DNA from: the human T2T-CHM13v2.0 reference genome, Homo sapiens
Strand: one strand, 5' to 3'
NCBI RefSeq assembly: GCF_009914755.1
Contig: NC_060938.1
Length of the DNA: 64,000 bases
Under the pieces are notes generated by a model. That model searched no databases and was not told the origin of the DNA. It saw only the letters and a program-made list of their open reading frames with translations. Of the stretch, positions 56,747-64,000 are shown piece after piece. Each line of letters opens with the position of its first letter. Position 1 is the first letter of the stretch. The position numbers and the translations under genes were made by a program.

Positions 56747-57763
56747 TTACAATTTGGCATGATTTTGCAGTGGCTGGTACTGGTTGTTTCTTTCCATGTT
56801 TAGTGCTTCCTTCAGGAGCTCTTTTAGGGCAGGCCTGGTGGCGACAAAATCTCTCAGCATTTGCTTGTCTGTAAAGTATTTTATTTCTCCTTCACTTATG
56901 AAGCTTAGTTTGGCTGGATATGAAATTATGGGTTGAAAATTCTTTTCTTTAAGAATGTTGAATATTGGCCCCCTCTCTCTTCTGGCTTGTAGAGTTTCTG
57001 CCAAGAGATCAGCAGTTAGGCTGATGGGCTTCCCTTTGAGGGTAACTCCACCTTTCTCTCTGGCTGCCCTTAACATTTTTTCCTTCATTTCAACTTTGGT
57101 GAATCTGACAATTATGTGTCTTGGAGTTGCTCTTCTTGAGGAGTATCTTTGTGGCATTCTCTGTATTTTCTGAATGTGAATGTTGGCCTGCCTTGCTAGA
57201 TTGGGGAAGTTCTCCTGGATAATATCCTGCAGAGTGTTTTCCAACTTAGTTCCAATCTCCACATCACTTTCAGGTACACCAATCAGACATAGATATGGTC
57301 TTTTCACATAGTCCCATATTTCTTGGAGGCTTTGTTCATTTCTTTTTATTCTTTTTTCTCTAAACTTTCCTTCTCGCTTCATTTCATTCATTTCATCTTC
57401 CATCGCTGATACCCTTTCTTCCAGTTGATCACATTGTCTCCTGAGGCTTCTGCATTCTTCGCGTTGTTCTGGAGCCTTGGCTTTCAGCTCCATCAGCTCC
57501 TTTAAGCACTTCTCTGTATTGGTTATTCTAGTTATACATTCTTCGAAATTTTTTTCAAAGTTTTTAACTTCTTTGCCTTTGGTTTGAATTTCCTCCTGTA
57601 GCTCAGAGTAGTTTGATCATCTGAAGCCTTTTTCTCTCAACCCGTCAAAGTCATTCTCTGTCCAGCTTTGTTCCATTGCTGGTGAGGAACTGCATTCCTT
57701 TGGAGGAGGAGAGGCACTCTGCTTTTTAGAGTTTCCAGTTTTTCTACTCTGTTTTTTCCTCAT
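56747..57763 (-). pseudogene. L1 ORF1 (RNA-binding chaperone); 1017-nt frame with one nonsense codon at position 49
   Basis: ATG at 57763 (MRKKQSRKTGNSKKQSASPPPKE), TGA at 57619-57617 (CGA>TGA), then in frame through RNEQSLQEIWDYVKRP and YPAKLS to NHAKL*. Confidence 0.93.
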
Positions 57764-58792
57764 CTTTGTGGTTTTATCTACTTTTGGTCTTTGATGATGG
57801 TGATGTACAGTTGGGTTTTTGCTGTGGATGTCCTTTCTGTTTGTTAGTTTTCCTTCTAACAGGCAGACCCTCAGGTGCAGGTCTGTTGGAGTTTGCTAGA
57901 GGTCCACTCCAGATCCTGTTTGCCTGGGTATCAGCAGCGGTGACTGCAGAACAGTGGATTTTCATAAACCATGAATGCTGCTGTCTGATCTTTGCTCTGG
58001 AAATTTTGTCTCAGAGGACTACCCGGCCGTGTGAGTTGTCAGTGTGCCCCTACTGGGTTGTGCCTCTCAGGCTGCTCATAGTTCAGGGGTCAGGGACCCA
58101 CTAGAGGAGGCAGTCTGCCCATTCTCAGATCTCCAGCTGTGTGCTGGGAGAACCACTGCTCTCTTCAAAGCTGTCAGACAGGGACATTTAAGTCCGCAGA
58201 GGTTACTGCTGTCTTTTTGTTTATCTGTGCCCTGCCCCCAGATGTGGAGCCTACAGAGTCATGCAGGCCTCCTAGAGCTGTGGTGGTCTACACCCAGTTC
58301 AAGCTTTCCAGCAGCTTTGTTTACCTAAGAAAGCCTGGGCAATGGGGGTTGCTCCACCACCAGCCTTACTGCCACCTTGTACTTTGATCACAGACTGCAG
58401 TGCTAGCAATCAGTGAGACACTGTGGAGGTAAGACCCTCCGAGCCATGTGTGGGATATAATATCCTGGTGTGCCATTTTTTAAGCCTGTTGAAAAAGTGC
58501 AGTATTAGTGTGGGAGTGACCCGATTTTCCAGGTGCTATCTGTCACCCCTTTATTTGACTAGGAAAGGGAACTCCCTGACCACTTCCACTTCCCATGTGA
58601 GGAAATGCCTCGCTCTGCTTCAGCCCATGCATGGCACCCTGCACCCAGTATCCTGTGCCCACAGTCTGGCACTCCCTAGTGAGATGAACCTGGTATCTCA
58701 GATGGAAATGAAGAAATCACCCATCTTCTGCTTCACTCATGATGGGAACTGTAGAACAGAGCTGTTCCCATTTGGCCATCTTGACTGCTGCC
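57764..58792 (-). promoter_or_regulatory. L1 5'UTR internal sense/antisense promoter, CpG-decayed; YY1 core CAAGATGGCC at 58774-58783
   Basis: Matches the L1PA 5'UTR. ggccatcttg is intact near the 5' end, while most CpGs have become TG/CA. Confidence 0.85.
58342..58560 (+). pseudogene. L1 ORF0 remnant (antisense to L1), stop at codon 25
   Basis: MGVAPPPALLPPCTLITDCSASNQ*DTVEVRPSEPCVGYNILV...VGVTRFSRC aligns to ORF0 MAGAPPPASLPPCSLISDCCASNQRDSVGVGPSEP. The TGA is at 58414-58416. Confidence 0.8.
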
Positions 58793-58805
58793 TCATTTGC
58801 CAGTT

Positions 58806-61800
58806 TGCTTCTGTGTAGTTATTATGTGAAAATATTTCCTTTTCCACCATAGGCTGCAAAGGGCTCCAAATATCCACTTGCAGATTCTACAAAAAGAGAG
58901 TTTCAAAACTGCTCAATCAAAAGATAAGTTCAACTCGGTGAGTTGTATGCACACATTCCAAAGAAGTTTCTCTGAATGCTTCTGCATAGTTTTTATGTGA
59001 AGATATATCCATTTCCACCATTGGCCACAAAGCGCTCTGAATATCCACTTGCAGATTCTACAAAATGAGTGTTTCAAAACTGCTCAATCAAAAGAATGGT
59101 TCAACACTGTGAGATGAAAGCACACATCACAAAGAAGTTTCTCAGAATGCTTCTGTGTAGTTCTCATGTGAAGATATTTTCTTTTCCACCATAGGCCTCA
59201 ATGCGATCCAAACATCCAATTTTAGATACTACAAAAAGAGTGTTTCCAAACTGCTCAATCAAAAGAAAGTTTCAACTCTGTGAGATGAAGGCACACATGA
59301 CCAAGACGTTCCTCAGAAATCTCTTTTGTAGTTTTTATGTGAAGGTATTTCCTTTTCCACTATAGGCCGCAAAGGGCTCCAAATATCCTCTTGCAGATTC
59401 TACAAAAAGAGAGATTCAAAACTGCTCAATCAAAAGATAGTTTCAACTCTGTGAGTTTAATGCACACTTAACAAAGGTGTTTCTCAGAATGCTTCTGTGT
59501 AGTTTTTATGTGAAGATATTCCGGTTTCCACCATAGGCCTCGAAGTGCTCCAAATATCCACTTGCAGATTCTACAAAAAATAAAGTTTCAAAACTGCTGA
59601 ATGGAAAGAAAGGTTTAACACTGTGAGATGAATGCAAATATTGCACAGAAGTTTTTCAGAATGATTCTGTGCAGTTTTTATGTGAAGATATTTCCTTTTC
59701 CACAATAGGAATCTAAGAGCTCCAAATATCAACTTGCAGATTCTACATAGAGAGTTTTTCAAAACTGCTCAATCAAAAGAAAGTTTCAATTCTGTGAGAT
59801 GAATGCACACATCCCAAAGAGGTTACTCGGAATGCTTCTGTGTATATTTCATGTGAAGATATTTTCTTTTCAACAATAGGCCTCAAAGCGCTCCAATTAT
59901 CCACTTGCAGATTCTACAAAAAGAATGTTTCAAAACTACTAACTGAAAAGAAAGATTCATCTCTGTGAGATGAATGCACATATCACCATGAAGTTCCTCA
60001 GAATGATTCTGTGTAGTTTTTAGTTGAAGATATTCCCATTTCCACCATAGGCCCCAAATGGCCCCAAATATCCACTTGTAGATTCTACAAAAAGATAGTT
60101 TCAAAACTGTTCAATGAAAAGATAGGTTCAACACCGTGAGTTGAATGCACACATCACAGAGAAGTTTCTCAGAAAGTTTCTGTGTAGTTTTTATGTGAAG
60201 ATGTTTCCTTTTACACAATAGACCTCAAAGTGCTCCAAATATTCACTTGCAGATACTTCAAAAAGATTGTTTCAAAACTGCTCAATCAAAAGAAAGGTTC
60301 ATCTCTGTGAGATGAATGCACACATCACAAAGAAGTTTCTCAGAATACTTCTGTCTGTTTTTTATGTGAAGGCATTTCCTTTTCCACAACAGGCCACAAA
60401 AGGCTGTAAATGTCCACTTGCAGATACTACAAAAAGAGAGTTTCAAAATGGCTTAATCAAAAGATAGGTTCAACTCTGTGAGTTGAATGCACACATCACA
60501 AAGGAGTTTCTCAGAATACTTCTGTCTAGTTTTCATGTGAAGGCATTTCCGTTTCCCCCATAGGCATCAAATGGTTCCAAACATACACCTGCAGATACTA
60601 CAAAAAGAGAGCTTCAAAACTGCTCATCAAAAGATTAATTCACATCTGTGAGTTGAATGCACACAACACAAAGAAGTTTCTCAGAATGCTTCTGTGTGGT
60701 CTTTAAGTTAAGATATTTCCTTTTCCACAATAGGCCTCAAAGCGTTCCAAATATGAACTTGCAGATTATACAACAACAGTGTTTCAATACTGCTCAATCA
60801 AAAAAAATGTACAACTCTGTGAGATGAATGCACACATCACAAAGAAGTTTCTCAGAATGATTCTGTGTAGATTTTATGTGAAGATATTTCGTTTTCCAAA
60901 ATAGGCCTCAAAGCCCTCCAAATATCCACTTGCAGATTCTACAAAGAGAGTGTTTCAAAACTACTCAATCAAAAGAAAGGTTCAACTCTGTGAGTTGAAT
61001 ACACACATCACAAAGAAGTTTCTCAGAATGCTTCTGCATAGTTTTTACATAAAGATATTTCCTATTCCACCATAGGCCTCAAAGCGCTCCAAATATCCTC
61101 TTGCAGAATCTACAAAAAGAGTGTCACAAAACTGCTCAATCACAAGAAAGTTCAACTCTTTGAGATGAAAGCAGATATCACAAAAAAGTTTCTCAGAATG
61201 CTTCTGTGTAGTTTTTATGTGAAATATTTGCTTTTCCAGAGTAAGCCTCAAAGCGCTTCTAATATCCACTTGCAGATTCTGCAAAAACTGTGTTTCATAA
61301 CTGCGCAACCCAAAGAAAGTTTCAACTCTGTGAGATGAAAGCACACAATGCAAAGACGCTTCTCAGAATGCTTCTGTGTAGTTTTTATGTGAAGATATTG
61401 CCTTTTAGACAATAAGCTTCAAAGCGCTCCAAGTATCCTCTTGCAGATTCTACAAAAAGAGTGTTTCAAAACTGCTCAATCCAAAGAGAGGTTCAACTCT
61501 GTGAGATAAATGCTCACATAACAAAGAAGTTTCTCAGACTGCTCCTTTGTAGTTTTTTTTTTTTGAAGATATTTCCGTTTCCACCATAGGCCACAAAGGA
61601 CTCCAAATATCCAGTTGCAGATTCTACAAAAAGAGATTCAAAACTGCTCAATCAAAAAAATAGGTTGAACTCTGTGAGTTGAATGTACACATCACAAAGA
61701 ATTTTCTCAGAATGCTACTGTGTAGTTTATACGTGAAGATATTTCCTTTTTCAAAACAGGCCTCAAAGACCACAAATATCCACTTGCAGATTCTACAAAA

Positions 61801-64000
61801 AGTGTGTTTCAAAACTGCTCAATCAGAAGACACGTTCAATCTGTGTAATGAATGCACTCATCTCAAAGTAGTCTCTCAGAATGCTTCTGTGAAATTTTTA
61901 TGTGAAGATATTTCCTTTTCCACAATAGGCCTCAAAGCGCTCCAAATATCCACTTTCAGATTCTACAAAAAGAGAGATTCAAAACTGCTCAAAAAAACCC
62001 TAGGATAAACTCTGTGAGTTGAATTCACAATTCACGAAGAAGTTTATCAGAATGCTACTGTGTAGTTTTTATTTGAAGATTTGTTTTGCACAATCTGCAT
62101 CAAATTTCTCCAAATATCCAAACGCAGATTCTACAAAAAGAGTGTTTCAAAACTGCTCAATCAAAAGAAAGGATTAACTCTGTGAGATAAATGCACACAT
62201 CACAAAGAAGTTTCTCAGAAAGCTTCTGTGTGGTCTTTAAGTGAAGATATTTTCTTTTAAAGAGTAGGCCTCATGCACTCCAAATATCCACTTGCAGATT
62301 CTACAAAAAGAGTGTTTCAAAACTGCTCAATCATAAAATGAGTTCAAAAATGTGAGCTGAACGCACACATCACACAGAAGTTTCTCAGAATGCTTCTATG
62401 TAGTTTTTATGTGAAGATATTTCCTTTTCCACAATAGGACTCAAAATGCCCCAAATATCCACTTGCAGATTCTACAACTAGAGTGTTTCAAATCTACTAA
62501 ATCATAAGATAGTTTCAAATCTGTGAGATGAATGCACACATCACAAATATGTTTATCAGAATAATTCTGTGTAGTTTTTACATTAAGATATTTCGTTTTC
62601 CACAATATGCCTCAAAGCACTCCAAATATCCACTTGCAGATTCTACAAAAATATTGTTTCAATACTGTTCAATCATAAGACAGGTTCAACTGTGTGAGAT
62701 GAATGCAGACATCACAAAGAAGTTTCTCAGAATGCTTCTGTGAAGTTTTTATGTGAAGATATTTGCTTTTCCACAGTAGGCCTCAAAGCGCTCCAAATAT
62801 GCACTTGAAGATTCTACAAAAACAGTGTTCCAAAACTGCTGAATCATAAGATAGGTTCAACTCTGTGAGTTGAATGCACACATTGCAAAGAAATTCCTCA
62901 GAATGCTTCTGGGTGGTTTTTATTTGAAGATATTTCCTTTTCCTCCATAGGCCACAAAGGGCTCCAAATATCCACTTGCAGATCCTACAAAAAGAGGGAA
63001 TGAAAACTGCTCAATGAAAAGATAGGTTCAACTCTGTGAGTTTAATGCACATATCACCAAGTAGTTTCTCAGAATGCTTCTGTGTAGTTTTTATGTGAAG
63101 ATATTACCTTTTTCACAATAGGCCACATGGGCTCCAAATATACACTTGCACTTTCTACAAAAAGAGTGTTTCAAAACTGCTCAATCATAAGATAGGTTCA
63201 ACATTGTGAGATGAAAGCACACATCACAAAGAAGTTTCTCAGAATGCTTCTGTGTAGTTCTAATGTGAAGATATTTCCTTTTCCACCATAGGCCTCAAAG
63301 CGATCCAAACATCCACTTGTAGATAATACAAAAAGAGTGTTTCCAAACTGCTCAACCAAAAGAAAGGTTCAACTCTGTGAGATGAAGGCACACATGACCA
63401 AGAAGTTCGTCAGATACCTTTTTTGTAGTTTTTATGTGAAGGTATTTCCTATTCCACCATAGGCTGAAAAGGGCTCCAAATATCCTCTTGCAGATTCTAC
63501 AAAAAGAGAAATTCAAAGCTGTTCAATCAAAAGATAGTTTCTACTCTGTGCATTTAATGCACACTTAACAAAGTTGTTTCTCAGAATGCTTCTGTGTAGT
63601 TTTTATGTGAAGATATTCCTATTTCCACTATAGGCCTCAAAGCGCTCCAAATATCCACTTGCAGATTCCACAAAAATAAAGTTTCAAAACTGCTGAGTGA
63701 AAAGAAAGGTTCAAAACTGTGAGATGAATGCACATATCGCACAGAAGTTTCTCAGAATGATTCTGTGCAGTTTTTATGTGAAGATATTTCCTTTTCCACA
63801 ATAGGAATCTAAGCACTCCAAATATCAACTTGCAGATTGCACAGAAAGAGTGTTTCAAAACTGCTCAATCAAAAGAAAGGTTCAACTCTGTGAGATGAAT
63901 GCACACATCACCATGAAGTTTCTCAGAATTCTTCTGTGTAGTTTTTAATTGAAGATATTCCCATTTCCACCATACGCTTCAAATGCCTCCAAATATCCAC
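58806..64000 (-). repeat. Monomeric alpha satellite, continuation of the ctgtgtag/aagatagg layer
   Basis: Resumes in monomer register after the L1 TSD, with a ~171-bp period. Confidence 0.95.

Noticed and set aside
57766-58818. Plus-strand ORFs of 82-131 aa in the L1 5'UTR
   Set aside because: Antisense UTR frames. Only the broken ORF0 remnant is recognisable.

Overview
Human/great-ape pericentromeric heterochromatin. I found no genes, RNA genes or CRISPR arrays. Bases 1-15507 are divergent CATTC/CACTC human satellite 3 (HSat3) with a 1.7-1.8 kb superstructure and two copies of a 64-bp Alu fragment amplified inside the satellite unit. From 15508 to the end is divergent monomeric ('dead layer') alpha satellite; I saw no CENP-B boxes. 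It is arranged in several sequence layers (172-bp, mixed 171/172-bp and 171-bp monomers), with an orientation switch at about 26655 and several relic multi-monomer duplications. Two antisense L1PA elements interrupt it. One is a 5'-truncated 1.17-kb copy with a probable short 3' transduction. The other is a full-length but inactive ~6.08-kb L1PA3-like copy that still carries the 129-bp ZNF93-binding 5'UTR segment. All non-L1 ORFs in the track are artefacts of repeats. I see no evidence for a new coding system; the notable signals concern repeat architecture and evolution. All comparisons were made by eye or from recalled consensus sequences, so offsets are approximate.
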